From Candidatus Krumholzibacteriota bacterium (GTDB taxonomy: Bacteria; Krumholzibacteriota; Krumholzibacteriia; JAJRXK01): a DNA stretch of 64,000 nt. Of the stretch, positions 24,101 through 33,216 are shown one piece after another. Each line of letters opens with the position of its first letter. Position 1 is the first letter of the stretch. The notes below the pieces were generated by a model. It was not told the DNA's origin and did not search any database. It saw only the letters and a list, made by a program, of their open reading frames with translations. The stretch is taken from assembly GCA_963727455.1 (NCBI GenBank), contig CAVSGG010000009.1, positions 1 through 64,000 on the forward strand, given 5' to 3'. The translations under genes and the position numbers were made by a program.

Positions 24101-25615
24101 CAGAGCCGGGAGATCCGCCGTGAGCACGTGGAAATACCGCGCGCCTCCGTCCACTGCCGAGTCTTGCCGCGGGTCGTCATCTCCCGGGCTTGTGTCGGGA
24201 GTATTCGTGTCGTCGACGAGGTCCCAGAGCATGGCAGCGACGTTGCCCACCGAACGCTGGCCGCGCGCGGCAAGGCTGTCACCGTAGCTCAGTGCCCTCG
24301 TCTCCAGATCGAAGCCGTCCTGAGCCGCGCCCGGAAAGCCGAGCGGCGGAGGGAAACTCAAATCCACGTAAGTACTGACCAGGCCATCGGCGGGATTCCC
24401 ATCCTCGTCCTGGCGGCTCGTGGCGCGGTGTTGACGTACCAGCGAACCGAAGACGAGGGCGGCACCGTCGCCGAAGGAACTCAACGGGTCGCGATCCAGG
24501 TCCAGACCCGAAAAGCCCACGGAGAGATCCACCCTGCCGTAGGTCTGCAAGAACCAGCGCCCCACCAGGGCCAAGAGCACGCTGTCCGACCAGGAGTCGT
24601 CGTCGCCACCGCCGGGGCTGGCGATGCGAAAGACCCCGTCCTGGTAGCTGCTCGTGCCCTGGGTCGAGGATGGCGCCCAGATGGCCACGGGCAGCTGAGA
24701 TGGAGGCGCGCCCAGCCAGGCCGGCTCCTGCAGCAGCTCCACCGCGTCCAGAAGACAATCCAGAAGATTGAAGGCACCCAGAGTGTCGTTGCTCGCGTCA
24801 TCGCTCAAAAGCAGGTTCTGAAGGTCCAAGGACACCCCCGGACCCAGACCGGTGATCTGGATGACCTCGCGGATCAAAGGCTGCGCCTGGCTGAGATCTC
24901 CCCCGGGTCCGGCTTGGTCCAGTACGCGCGCATCCACTCCCGTCAGCCCCTCCACCTCGCTGAGGATTCGGATCTTCACGTCGGTCGGCGCGAGTGGCTC
25001 GAAACTGAGCAGAAAGTCCCCGTCGGCGCCGCTGGCGCTCGATGCCAGCAGCGAGTCGTCGCTGGCTCGCGTGAGCTCGACGCGAAGATGACGCAGAGGC
25101 AGCGGTCGCGTGGCGCCGGTATATCCGGCAAGATCGAAAATCCGGTCGCGATAGAGCAATTTCCCGCTGATGGTACTCACGGACGCCGGCAGCCCTTGCA
25201 CACTCACGCTCGAATCGAGCGCCGGCGCCTCTGCATCCACGAGCTCCCGTGGCGGGCGCGAGCCATCCACCGTCTTTGGAATCATCGCCTGCGGCTGAGC
25301 GCGCCAAAGACTGACCCGACAGGATTCGCCATCCTCGCTTCTGCTACGCCCCCGCATCTCTACCGCCAGCGCGCGCGAAGGGAGCTGCAGCTGTAAGCGA
25401 GCAAGCAGCTGTGCCGGGGCGGGGAGCGGCTGTGGAACTGCCTGCGCTCCGAGCTGTATCCATTCACCCCAGCTCGACCCCGTCAGAATCCGCGCACTCC
25501 AGAGCTCCTCGGCGGCCAGAGCGGGACTCCTCGCCAGCAAGAGAGCCAGCGAGAGAAAGAAGACTCCCCTCAGCGCCCTCGAAGGGCGTGGGAAGGCGAA
25601 GTGACGAGATTGCAT
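21179..25615 (-). CDS. Large secreted multidomain protein: degenerate metalloprotease-like domain, lamin-tail-like domain, beta-sandwiches, beta-helix, FlgD-Ig C-terminus
   Basis: Signal-like N-terminus from M at 25615; VVIGEL...DWVELTNAG (lamin tail); VELSTDDG...GWILDDV; PLQTIAAA (beta-helix start); PNPFNPSTKIRF...WDG...ASGVY. Confidence 0.75.
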   Translation of the reverse strand: MQSRHFAFPRPSRALRGVFFLSLALLLARSPALAAEELWSARILTGSSWGEWIQLGAQAVPQPLPAPAQLLARLQLQLPSRALAVEMRGRSRSEDGESCRVSLWRAQPQAMIPKTVDGSRPPRELVDAEAPALDSSVSVQGLPASVSTISGKLLYRDRIFDLAGYTGATRPLPLRHLRVELTRASDDSLLASSASGADGDFLLSFEPLAPTDVKIRILSEVEGLTGVDARVLDQAGPGGDLSQAQPLIREVIQITGLGPGVSLDLQNLLLSDDASNDTLGAFNLLDCLLDAVELLQEPAWLGAPPSQLPVAIWAPSSTQGTSSYQDGVFRIASPGGGDDDSWSDSVLLALVGRWFLQTYGRVDLSVGFSGLDLDRDPLSSFGDGAALVFGSLVRQHRATSRQDEDGNPADGLVSTYVDLSFPPPLGFPGAAQDGFDLETRALSYGDSLAARGQRSVGNVAAMLWDLVDDTNTPDTSPGDDDPRQDSAVDGGARYFHVLTADLPALPGSEAISYEDFHEAWRADYAEDSALFQIAVTQGRTALFDDALEPDDDYQQLPLDAAWVQPEPLAGASVVIGELFLGDSDWVELTNAGQTPVSLQGYSVIAHRNGFSAGSERVATLPSGFQLGPGRSVVLHEGGSSANDTAVDLFFPGWSIPWKEGADGACTLVNATANPVDFVRWDGSQSSGEPVPSGLSFSGTLKSPDFGSTLGRDSLATDTDTAADFVQREATPRAPNASFLKLHSLRPRGDLDHLRLDLAADDLCYLLAAAEREAPLSRVSLLDSQGLVVQQADTLTGASGSTLLQYTAATAGERVFRLKELSSVRIATAVSWGAWIPWGAVVVHAVQNLHAEALFQDVSLDPVQLSWTNDGVYDSLQIALDAAPLSTVPDTTQTFQTQVPSGHHLFKVVPWYAGVPGPARGASVYVGSTPCSVGTGFEPGDSTLFDLSGFSIIDQNFSGTKALLDHSDPLTAYAPNDTAVAELADPVDLTSESVLNFIHAAQLALDGDYAAVELSTDDGGHWQEIARYLGSDHTGQDGADWSDFVLQPSDWIQESLDLSAFAGERARVRFRRISDASGESLGWILDDVFFGTPRGNEIWVSNEGSDEFGCGHEERPLQTIAAAAAVSAVGDTIRLVAGTYTDSIDLLLDGSLRPVNAALPPGRSLVGAGRELSLLQVAPLGTGIYAGPLTGWTQSDSSVVRGVGLNGGSRGLRIDAGYLRAVDSSFQSQGTAVLVQGGRAALEGVLVTKAARAVRLAQGGLTLRSCTVADLPRAVFIQAPADSATIESSIFSRISESVIELEGGAPLPEVSCNDFYALFSSMDSFLGLDDPRGVDGNLAQPPYFCDPDAGDYHLSSESLLLDAPACGLMGAFGEACSETAVAAPPLQRLTRLLGNEPNPFNPSTKIRFELARAGAVELRVFDARGRMVRTLLSGRLSAGEHAVDWDGSDSRGQQLASGVYHLRLKAEGSVSTRALVLLK

Positions 25616-25845
25616 GAAATGATGCCGATTGCTGGAGAAGAGCTTATCCTGACTTCGATTGTAGACGGTTCGCCGCCGCCTTCGCAAGCCGCGCGGCTCC
25701 TCCGGCCCAAGCGGGGGAATTCAGCCTCCGGCCGCGTGCAGTCATTTTGGCCAAGAAGCCGTTGGAAAGGTCCCTCGGCCCGCCTATATTGGCGCTTGGA
25801 TTCCCCCGCCTCTTTCGGCGCGTCCCGAAAGGAGGACCTTCGATC

Positions 25846-26265
25846 ATGAAGTTCCGTTTCCTCATCGGAATCTGCCTCATCGTGGCAGCCGTAGCCTACC
25901 TCTCCGTCCAGGGCTTCCAGAAGGGAAAGCGCTACTATCACACCTGTGATGAGGTCGCCGAAATGGGCAGCAAGGCCGTGGGCCACCCGATCAAGATCGC
26001 CGGAACCGTCAAGACCGGTTCGATTCACCGCGATGGTGACATTCTGCAATTCACCCTCGAGTATGAGGGCGCGCACTATCCCGTGCGATACGTGGGCTCC
26101 GATCCCGTTCCCGACACCTTCAAAGATGGCGTCCAAGCGGTGGTCGATGGAACCTTGAACGAGCAGGGCATCTTCGTCGGTCAGAAGATCCAGGCCAAGT
26201 GCGCCTCCAAGTACGAAGCCGACTACGGCCCCGATGCGGTGAAGCCCACCGGCAACAGCGCCTAG
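25846..26265 (+). CDS. ccmE: Heme chaperone CcmE (CxxxY type)
   Basis: GGAGG RBS, N-terminal TM helix, PDTFKDG and AKCASKY. Confidence 0.9.
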   Translation: MKFRFLIGICLIVAAVAYLSVQGFQKGKRYYHTCDEVAEMGSKAVGHPIKIAGTVKTGSIHRDGDILQFTLEYEGAHYPVRYVGSDPVPDTFKDGVQAVVDGTLNEQGIFVGQKIQAKCASKYEADYGPDAVKPTGNSA

Positions 26266-26315
26266 GATCTTGAAATAGTGGGATTCCCCAATTCATCGCA
26301 TGGAGCCATCTTCTC

Positions 26316-28304
26316 ATGATTGCTGACATCGGGAATGTAGCCTTGATGGCTGCTCTGGCATTCGCGGCCTACGCGCTGCTGAGTTCGGTCCTGGGCTCGT
26401 TGCGAGACAATGCACGACTCACCGAGAGCGGCCAACGCGCCGTGGGCGTGGTATTCGCCATGGTGAGCCTGGCCATGGTGATGCTGATCGCCCTGCTCGT
26501 CACGGACCAGTTCCACTTCGCCTACGTCGCGAGCGAGAGCAACCGCGACTTGCCGCTTTTCTACAAAATCGGATCGCTGTGGGCGGGTCAGAACGGCTCG
26601 CTTCTGCTGTGGACCTGGTGCGTGAGCGCGTATTCGGTGGCGGCGGTTCTCACCCAGAAGGACCGTCACAACCGGCTCCTTCCCATCGCGACCGCGGTCA
26701 TGATGGGCACGGCGGTGTTCTTTCTCTGCCTGAACAACTTCGCGAGCAATCCCTTCCGGCAGCTCTTCGCGGTCTCGCAGACCACCGGCGCCACCCAAGC
26801 CTGGGCCCCGGCCGACGGAAACGGTCTCAATCCCCTGCTCCAGAATTATTGGATGGTGATCCATCCGCCCATTCTCTACATCGGCTACACCGGCTTCGTG
26901 GTCCCCTTCGCGTTCTGCGTGGCGGCTCTGTTCACCCGGCAGCTCGGAAGCGCCTGGGTGCGCACCATCCGCCGCTGGACGCTCTTCACTTGGCTGTTCT
27001 TGGGCGTGGGAATCGTCATGGGCGCCAAGTGGGCCTACATGGAGCTGGGATGGGGCGGCTACTGGGGTTGGGATCCCGTCGAAAATGCCTCGCTCATGCC
27101 CTGGCTGGCCGGGACCGCCTTCCTGCACTCGGTCATCCTGCAGGAAAAGCGCGGAATGCTGAAGGTCTGGAACGTCTCCTTGATCTCCGTGACCTATCTC
27201 CTGGTGATCCTGGGGACTTTCCTCACACGAAGCGGCGTGGTCAGCAGCGTCCACTCCTTCGCGCGTTCCAACATCGGGGTTCCCTTCGCGATCTTCATTC
27301 TCTGCGTACTGGCGGGTACCACCGCGCTCATTCTTTCGCGTCTGCCCTTCTTGAAGAGTGAGAACAAGCTCGACAGCATGGTGAGCCGGGAGAGCGGTTT
27401 CCTCTTCAACAACCTCATCCTCTTGGCCGCGACCTTCAGCGTGCTCTTCGGGACCGTCTTCCCCATTCTGAGTGAGCTCTTCACTGGCACCAACGTCACC
27501 GTGGGTCCCTCCTACTTCAACTTCATCGAAGTGCCGATCGGCCTCTTACTGCTCTTTCTCATCGGCGCGGGCCCCTTGCTCGCCTACCGCCGCACCAGCG
27601 GAAAGAGTCTGCGCAAGAACTTCACGATGCCGGTCGTCCTGGGCGTGGTCTCCGCTCCGATCTTCTTCCTTTTGGGCGTGCGCGGATTCTGGCCCATGCT
27701 CTCGTTGGTGCTCTGTACTTTCGTGACCCTGACCATCGTGCAGGAGTTCCACAAGGGCGTGAGTGCACGGCGAAAGACGGTTCACGAGAGCTATTTCACG
27801 GCCCTGATCAATCTCACCCGGCGCAACAACCGCCGCTACGGTGGCTACATCGTTCATTTCGCCATGGTGCTGGTGTTCCTCGGCGCCACCGGCTCGGCCT
27901 TCGTGAAGGAAGGCCAGGGCGTGATCGGTGAGGGAGAGAGCTTCAAGGTCGGCAACTACGACATTCACCTGAACGAGATCCGCGAATCGGAGTCCAACCC
28001 CAACTACTGGTCCGGCATCCTCGCCATGGACATCACGCGGGGGGGAAATCAGGTGGCGAAGGTCTTTCCCGAAAAGCGCTTCTATTACGCGAGTGAACAG
28101 CCCACCAGCGAGGTAGCGATCCACCAATCGACGCGAGAGGATCTCTACCTCGTGTTCGCGGGCCTCAACGAGGATCAGACCAAGGCCATCGTGCAGGCCT
28201 ACGTCAACCCGCTGGTGATGTGGCTGTGGACCGGCGCCATCATCATGGTGCTGGGTACTCTGATTTGCCTTTTGCCACCTCCAAAGGGACGGTCTGAGGC
28301 ATGA
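26316..28304 (+). CDS. ccmF: Cytochrome c heme lyase CcmF
   Basis: LWAGQNGSLLLW, IHPP, WAYMELGWGGYWGWDPVENAS and SVHSFA. Confidence 0.96.
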   Translation: MIADIGNVALMAALAFAAYALLSSVLGSLRDNARLTESGQRAVGVVFAMVSLAMVMLIALLVTDQFHFAYVASESNRDLPLFYKIGSLWAGQNGSLLLWTWCVSAYSVAAVLTQKDRHNRLLPIATAVMMGTAVFFLCLNNFASNPFRQLFAVSQTTGATQAWAPADGNGLNPLLQNYWMVIHPPILYIGYTGFVVPFAFCVAALFTRQLGSAWVRTIRRWTLFTWLFLGVGIVMGAKWAYMELGWGGYWGWDPVENASLMPWLAGTAFLHSVILQEKRGMLKVWNVSLISVTYLLVILGTFLTRSGVVSSVHSFARSNIGVPFAIFILCVLAGTTALILSRLPFLKSENKLDSMVSRESGFLFNNLILLAATFSVLFGTVFPILSELFTGTNVTVGPSYFNFIEVPIGLLLLFLIGAGPLLAYRRTSGKSLRKNFTMPVVLGVVSAPIFFLLGVRGFWPMLSLVLCTFVTLTIVQEFHKGVSARRKTVHESYFTALINLTRRNNRRYGGYIVHFAMVLVFLGATGSAFVKEGQGVIGEGESFKVGNYDIHLNEIRESESNPNYWSGILAMDITRGGNQVAKVFPEKRFYYASEQPTSEVAIHQSTREDLYLVFAGLNEDQTKAIVQAYVNPLVMWLWTGAIIMVLGTLICLLPPPKGRSEA

Positions 28305-28720
28305 CCGAGCTTCTTTTGGTTCTTCTCGCGGTGGTTTCCGTCGCCTTCTGCTTCCGTCCCTTCATGCGCGGCAATCTCCATCAGATGGCGTTGAGCCGCA
28401 GCGACACTCCCATCGGAAGATTGAATCAGCGCAAGGAGACCTTGCTGCAGAACATCGCCGACCTCGATTTCGAGTACAACATGGGCAAGCTCTCCGAAGA
28501 GGATTACTCGACTTTGCGCGGGAATTTGAAGCAACAGGCGATGGAAACTCTCGAGCAGATCGATCTCTTGCGTGAAAGCAATTCCATGCTCGCACCGAAA
28601 GGCGCGCCCAAGCCCCAGCTTGCGTCCGGTGCTTCCTTCTGCTCCAAATGCGGAACGCCGTTGGGTACGGAGGATCGCTTCTGCTCTGCTTGCGGTGCCA
28701 GAGTGTCAGGAAATCGGTGA
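28301..28720 (+). CDS. Membrane-anchored zinc-ribbon protein (CcmI N-terminus-like) in the ccm operon
   Basis: TM helix, DLDFEYNMGKLSEEDY, then FCSKCG...FCSACG. Confidence 0.75.
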   Translation: MTELLLVLLAVVSVAFCFRPFMRGNLHQMALSRSDTPIGRLNQRKETLLQNIADLDFEYNMGKLSEEDYSTLRGNLKQQAMETLEQIDLLRESNSMLAPKGAPKPQLASGASFCSKCGTPLGTEDRFCSACGARVSGNR

Positions 28721-28733
28721 AAAGGACATACGC

Positions 28734-29669
28734 GTGAATTTCCCCAAGTTCGTTTTCATCTGCTTCGCATCCTGCCTCCTGTCTGCATCCACGCACGCCG
28801 CGATGGCGGGCGATGTCCAGATCTCCTTCTATCGCGCGACCCTACAGCGCGACGCCGAGCACCTGGTGGTGAAGGAAGCCTACTCTTTCACCAATTCCTC
28901 CGACCGGGAGCTGCCCCCTGAGGGCGGGGAGTTGCGCTTTCTTCTGCCCTACGAGATCGAGGGCCAGGTCGCCGCGGTCGTAAGCTCCGAAGAGGGCCGC
29001 CGCCAGCTGGAACTGCCGCCTTCTAGTGAGGACCCTTCGGTCCGCCTCCTCGCCACGAAACTCGCACCCGGGCGCACCTCCGTCACTCTCAGTTATTCCG
29101 CGAAGTATCCGGGCAAGCTGGAGTTCAGTCCGAGTTTTCCCTATCCGGTGGCCTCTCTGAGCGTCTTCGTACAACCGATGGACATGCTGGTGGAGGGAAA
29201 CGGAGTCAAACGGGAGAGCGGTTCGGTCATGGCGGGATTCGCCACCTACACCCTTCCCCCTCTCAGCAAGAAGGGTCAAATCCACCTGGAAGTGAGCGGG
29301 GGCAGCGCAGCTCCCCCAGCCACCGCGGAGACTCCTCCCGCGGTCCAGCCTCCCACCGAAGAAGAGAAGTGGAAGGTGATGATCAAGCCGAATCGATTCG
29401 GTGAGGCCAACACGCGCATTCTGATCTTCCTTGCCTTCGGTGCAATCCTGGGTTTCGGCCTCCTGTATGCGCTCTCGACGGACGGCGACCGCGGGGGCGA
29501 GAAGAGCGCCAAGTCGAAGCTTCAGGCCGAACTTCTGCATCTCGAGGATCGCTACATCAGCGGCAATTTGAGTCGAGAGGCATTCCTCGAGCAGCGAGAA
29601 CGCCTGGTCCAGCGCCGCTCCCACAAATCCAAGGGTTCCAAAGGACGCAAGCCGGTGGGAAAGGCCTGA
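28734..29669 (+). CDS. Hypothetical periplasmic, membrane-anchored protein in the ccm operon
   Basis: GTG after AAGGA; signal peptide, beta-rich domain, TM helix and a short LEDRYISGNLSREAF cytoplasmic tail. Confidence 0.7.
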   Translation: MNFPKFVFICFASCLLSASTHAAMAGDVQISFYRATLQRDAEHLVVKEAYSFTNSSDRELPPEGGELRFLLPYEIEGQVAAVVSSEEGRRQLELPPSSEDPSVRLLATKLAPGRTSVTLSYSAKYPGKLEFSPSFPYPVASLSVFVQPMDMLVEGNGVKRESGSVMAGFATYTLPPLSKKGQIHLEVSGGSAAPPATAETPPAVQPPTEEEKWKVMIKPNRFGEANTRILIFLAFGAILGFGLLYALSTDGDRGGEKSAKSKLQAELLHLEDRYISGNLSREAFLEQRERLVQRRSHKSKGSKGRKPVGKA

Positions 29670-29670
29670 G

Positions 29671-30384
29671 GTGAACTTCGTCCTGCAGGCGCGCGGTCTG
29701 TCCCGACGCTACGGGCGTTCCTGGGCTCTCAAGAAAGTCGATCTGGAACTATCCGCCGGGGAGTCCGTGGCGCTTCTGGGCGCGAACGGCGCCGGGAAGT
29801 CGACACTGCTTACGCTTTTGGCCACGCTGCACCGGCCCACGGAGGGCCAGCTGCGCATCTTCGATCTCGATCCCCACCAACATTCCGAGCGGATTCGGCG
29901 CCGTATCGGCTATGTGGCTCACGCCACCCTGCTCGACGATGCGCTGACCGCACGCGAGAATTTGCTCTACTATGGCGCCCTCTTCGGGTTGGCTCAGCTC
30001 GGGTCCCTCGCCGATCAGGCCCTCGCCCAAGTCGAGCTGGAGCACCGGGCCCACGATCGGGTAGGCGGATTCAGCCGCGGCATGCGCCAGAGGCTGAGCT
30101 TGGCCCGGGCACTCCTGCACGATCCCGACCTGCTCATCCTCGACGAGCCCTTTACCGGGCTCGACGCGGCCGGTTGCCGCGACTTGGCCGGGCGTTTGCG
30201 CCAGGAAAAGCAGAAGGGGCGAGCCATCATCCTCGCCACGCACCAGCTCGAGCGAGTCTTGAGCTGGAGTGACCGCGCGCTGATTCTGCATCGCGGTCGC
30301 AAAGTGGAGGAATCCGAGGCCACGACGCATGACGCGGCGGGATGGGCGGTTCATCTCTCGAAAATCGCGGAAGCGCGCGCATGA
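29671..30384 (+). CDS. ccmA: Heme exporter ATPase CcmA
   Basis: GANGAGKST, FSRGMRQRL and LILDEP, in ccm context. Confidence 0.9.
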   Translation: MNFVLQARGLSRRYGRSWALKKVDLELSAGESVALLGANGAGKSTLLTLLATLHRPTEGQLRIFDLDPHQHSERIRRRIGYVAHATLLDDALTARENLLYYGALFGLAQLGSLADQALAQVELEHRAHDRVGGFSRGMRQRLSLARALLHDPDLLILDEPFTGLDAAGCRDLAGRLRQEKQKGRAIILATHQLERVLSWSDRALILHRGRKVEESEATTHDAAGWAVHLSKIAEARA

Positions 30385-31061
30385 GAGTTTTCTGGGAAGT
30401 GACCGGCGCGGTGTTCCGCCGCGACCTCTCGGCCGAGTGGCGTCAGAAGGACGTGCTCACCACCGTCATCATGTTCGGTCTGCTCACCGTGGTGACCTTC
30501 GTCTTCGCGTTCGATCCCGCCCGTCACGCGCGCGAGGACGTGGTGCCTGGTTGTCTTTGGACCGCATACCTTTTCGCGGGAATGTTGGGTCTGGGCCGCA
30601 GCGCGGCGCGCGACTCACAGGACGGCGGGACGATCGGCCTTCTCTTGAGCCCAGCCGACCGGGGCGCCGTCTACTTGGGGAAGTTCCTCTCGCACAGCCT
30701 GTTCATGGCGGCGGGGGAAGCCGTGGTTTTGATTTTCTCGGTGGTGTGGTTCGACCTGGACCAACGCCATCTCACCCCCTGGTTCTTTCTCGTGTTGCTC
30801 TTGGGTACCCTGGGCTTCGTAGCGGTAGGGACCGTGTTCGCGGTAGTTTCGCAGAAGAGTCGCTTGCGGGAAGTCATGCTTCCGGTCTTGCTTCTTCCCA
30901 TCCTTGCCCCCATGGTCATGGCGGCGGTGGAAGCAACCACCATCATCCTGACTCCCGGCGGGAACGAGGGTCTGAGCGCATGGCTGCGGCTCCTGAGCGG
31001 CTTCGACTTCATCTTCGTCGTCGCGGGCTTTCTGCTGTACGGTTTCGTTTTGGAGGAATGA
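30381..31061 (+). CDS. ccmB: Heme exporter membrane protein CcmB
   Basis: RRDL..EWR, multiple TM helices and LPVLLLPILAP. Confidence 0.9.
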   Translation: MRVFWEVTGAVFRRDLSAEWRQKDVLTTVIMFGLLTVVTFVFAFDPARHAREDVVPGCLWTAYLFAGMLGLGRSAARDSQDGGTIGLLLSPADRGAVYLGKFLSHSLFMAAGEAVVLIFSVVWFDLDQRHLTPWFFLVLLLGTLGFVAVGTVFAVVSQKSRLREVMLPVLLLPILAPMVMAAVEATTIILTPGGNEGLSAWLRLLSGFDFIFVVAGFLLYGFVLEE

Positions 31062-31062
31062 G

Positions 31063-31743
31063 ATGCGCGTGATCGATCGAGTACTCCTGGTGTTGGAAGC
31101 CGTCGCCATGACGACTCTGTGCTACCTGGTCTTCCTCCACATTCCGCTGGAGAAGACGCAGGGCTACGTGCAAAAGATCTTCTTCATCCACGTGCCCTGC
31201 GCCTGGGTGGGATTCTTGGCTTTCACCGTCACCGCGATCATGGGCGGCCGTTATCTCGCGTCGCGTAATCCCGACCACGACCGTTGGGCCGCCGCATCGG
31301 CCGAGGTCGGCCTGATGTTTACCACCCTGGTGCTCATCACCGGTCCCATGTGGGCCAGGCCGGTTTGGGGGATTTGGTGGACCTGGGATGTCAGGCTCAC
31401 CAGCACTCTGGTGCTCTGGTTGATCTACCTCGCCTATCTCATCCTCCGGCAGACCGTGTCAGAGCGGGATCGTCGCAGCGTTCTCGCCTCGGTGACCGGA
31501 ATCATCGGTTGGCTCGGAGTGCCGATCGTCTACCTGGCGAATCGCGTGAAGGCGAGCCAGCATCCCGCACCTGTCATCGGGGGCGGCGAGAAGAGCGGAC
31601 TCGCCCCCATCTTTCTCTTCACCCTGCTGGTGGGAGTGGCGACTCTCACCATCTTCTACATCATCCTGCTGCGGGCGCGCGTTCGCGGCATCCAACTGGA
31701 AGATGAAATCGAAGAACTCGTGATCGCCGGAGGTTCGGACTGA
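31063..31743 (+). CDS. ccmC: Heme delivery protein CcmC
   Basis: IHVP, the WWD motif WARPVWGIWWTWDVRLT, and QHP. Confidence 0.93.
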   Translation: MRVIDRVLLVLEAVAMTTLCYLVFLHIPLEKTQGYVQKIFFIHVPCAWVGFLAFTVTAIMGGRYLASRNPDHDRWAAASAEVGLMFTTLVLITGPMWARPVWGIWWTWDVRLTSTLVLWLIYLAYLILRQTVSERDRRSVLASVTGIIGWLGVPIVYLANRVKASQHPAPVIGGGEKSGLAPIFLFTLLVGVATLTIFYIILLRARVRGIQLEDEIEELVIAGGSD

Positions 31744-31886
31744 TGCCGCACAATTTCTGGTGGGTGTTCTCCGCCTATAGCGTCGTATGGCTCGCCGTCA
31801 TTCTGTACTTGGCAAGGCTCTTCTCACGCCAGCGCGACTGTGAGCGTCAGCTGGACGCGCTCAAGAGAGAGCGCGAGTCTCACTAG
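31743..31886 (+). CDS. ccmD: CcmD (47 aa; not in the ORF track)
   Basis: Hand translation MPHNFWWVFSAYSVVWLAVILYLARLFSRQRDCERQLDALKRERESH*: AY..W TM helix plus charged tail; TGATG overlap with ccmC. Confidence 0.8.
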   Translation: MPHNFWWVFSAYSVVWLAVILYLARLFSRQRDCERQLDALKRERESH

Positions 31887-32164
31887 TACTTGACGGCGAT
31901 CGGCTCCTCGTCGACCACGAGTTGACAGCCGAGGCGGGCCAGTGTGCCGTCTTCGCCGATTTCAGCCAGAGTATCGGCCTCGACGAAGCCGGGCTCCTCG
32001 AGACTCTCCAAGCCACTGACCACGCGCAAGACGCAGGTGCCGCAGGTGCCGGCACGGCAACCGAAAGGCAGGCCGCTGCCCGCCCGCTGCGCGGCGAGCT
32101 GGACGGTGGATCCGGGTTCGACCTCCACCGAAATACCATCGTTGAGGAATGTGACTTGAGGCAT
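31883..32164 (-). CDS. [2Fe-2S] ferredoxin
   Basis: FGCRAGTCGTC...RLGCQ; start MPQVTF after GGAG. Confidence 0.9.
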   Translation of the reverse strand: MPQVTFLNDGISVEVEPGSTVQLAAQRAGSGLPFGCRAGTCGTCVLRVVSGLESLEEPGFVEADTLAEIGEDGTLARLGCQLVVDEEPIAVKY

Positions 32165-32225
32165 GGTCCGACTCCGTTCCGGCGGAGGAGCGAGTTTTCG
32201 AGCGTTCCGCGCCAGTGAGCGGCCT

Positions 32226-32296
32226 AGCCTAGTCGAAGCGGGCCAAAGCGGCAAGAATGACCCATTCTTGCCAGCCCTGCTATGCTCTGCTAGCTT
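32226..32296. promoter_or_regulatory. Back-to-back sigma70-like promoters on a 10-bp inverted repeat
   Basis: GGCAAGAATG-acc-CATTCTTGCC at 32250-32272. Plus strand TTGCCA-17-TAGCTT; minus strand TTGCCG-17-TAGGCT. Confidence 0.55.
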
Positions 32297-32373
32297 GGCC
32301 GGGCGCAATTCTTCCGGTTGCTCGCACAAGTTCTCCTTTTTGCACGAATCGTACCCAAGCGCGGCGGACCACC

Positions 32374-33210
32374 ATGCACTTGACCCTCGGACACAGCCCC
32401 GATCCCGACGACGCCTTCATGTTCTGGGCGCTCGCTCACGACCAGATTCCCACCGGCGAATACACTTTCGAGCACATTCTACAGGACATTCAGACCCTCA
32501 ACGAGCGTGCGATGCGGGGCGAGCTTCACATCACCGCCATCTCCATCCATGCCTATGCCTACGTTCTGGACAAATACGCGCTCCTGCCCGCCGGGAGCAG
32601 CATGGGAGATGACTATGGCCCCATGGTGGTGACGCGAAAGGAAAGCGGCCTGACCCCATCCGACCTCAAGGGCACCAAGATCGCGATTCCGGGCACGATG
32701 ACCACCGCGTATCTGGCGCTGCGCTTGATTCTCGAGTCAGACTTCGACTACGAAGTCGTTCCCTTCGACGAGATCATTCCCCGCGTCGCCGACGGCAGCT
32801 TCGAGGCCGGCCTCATCATTCACGAGGGTCAACTGAGCTATCCGCGCCAGGGATTGAAATTACTCATCGATACCGGCAAGTGGTGGAAGCAGGAGACGGG
32901 CCTTCCTCTGCCTCTGGGCGGCAATGCCATTCGCAAGGACCTGGGCCAAGAGAGAATGAGTGAGATCAATCGGGTTCTGTTGCGCAGCATCCGCCACGGA
33001 CTCGAGCACCGCAAGGAAGCCCTGGATTACGCCATGCAGTACGCCCGCGACATGGAACTGGAATCGGCCGACGAGTTCGTGGGGATGTATGTCAACGACT
33101 ATACCCTCGACTACGGTGACGAAGGCCGTGAAGCCGTGCGCCTCCTGCTCGACCGGGGAGCCGCGGCAGGTATTCTTCCCAAGGTGAATGAACTCCAATT
33201 CGTGAGCTGA
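32374..33210 (+). CDS. mqnD: 1,4-dihydroxy-6-naphthoate synthase (futalosine menaquinone pathway)
   Basis: GHSPDPDDAFMF, DIQTLN, LIIHEGQ, LPLPLG and MYVNDYT. Confidence 0.9.
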   Translation: MHLTLGHSPDPDDAFMFWALAHDQIPTGEYTFEHILQDIQTLNERAMRGELHITAISIHAYAYVLDKYALLPAGSSMGDDYGPMVVTRKESGLTPSDLKGTKIAIPGTMTTAYLALRLILESDFDYEVVPFDEIIPRVADGSFEAGLIIHEGQLSYPRQGLKLLIDTGKWWKQETGLPLPLGGNAIRKDLGQERMSEINRVLLRSIRHGLEHRKEALDYAMQYARDMELESADEFVGMYVNDYTLDYGDEGREAVRLLLDRGAAAGILPKVNELQFVS

Positions 33211-33216
33211 TCGGCG

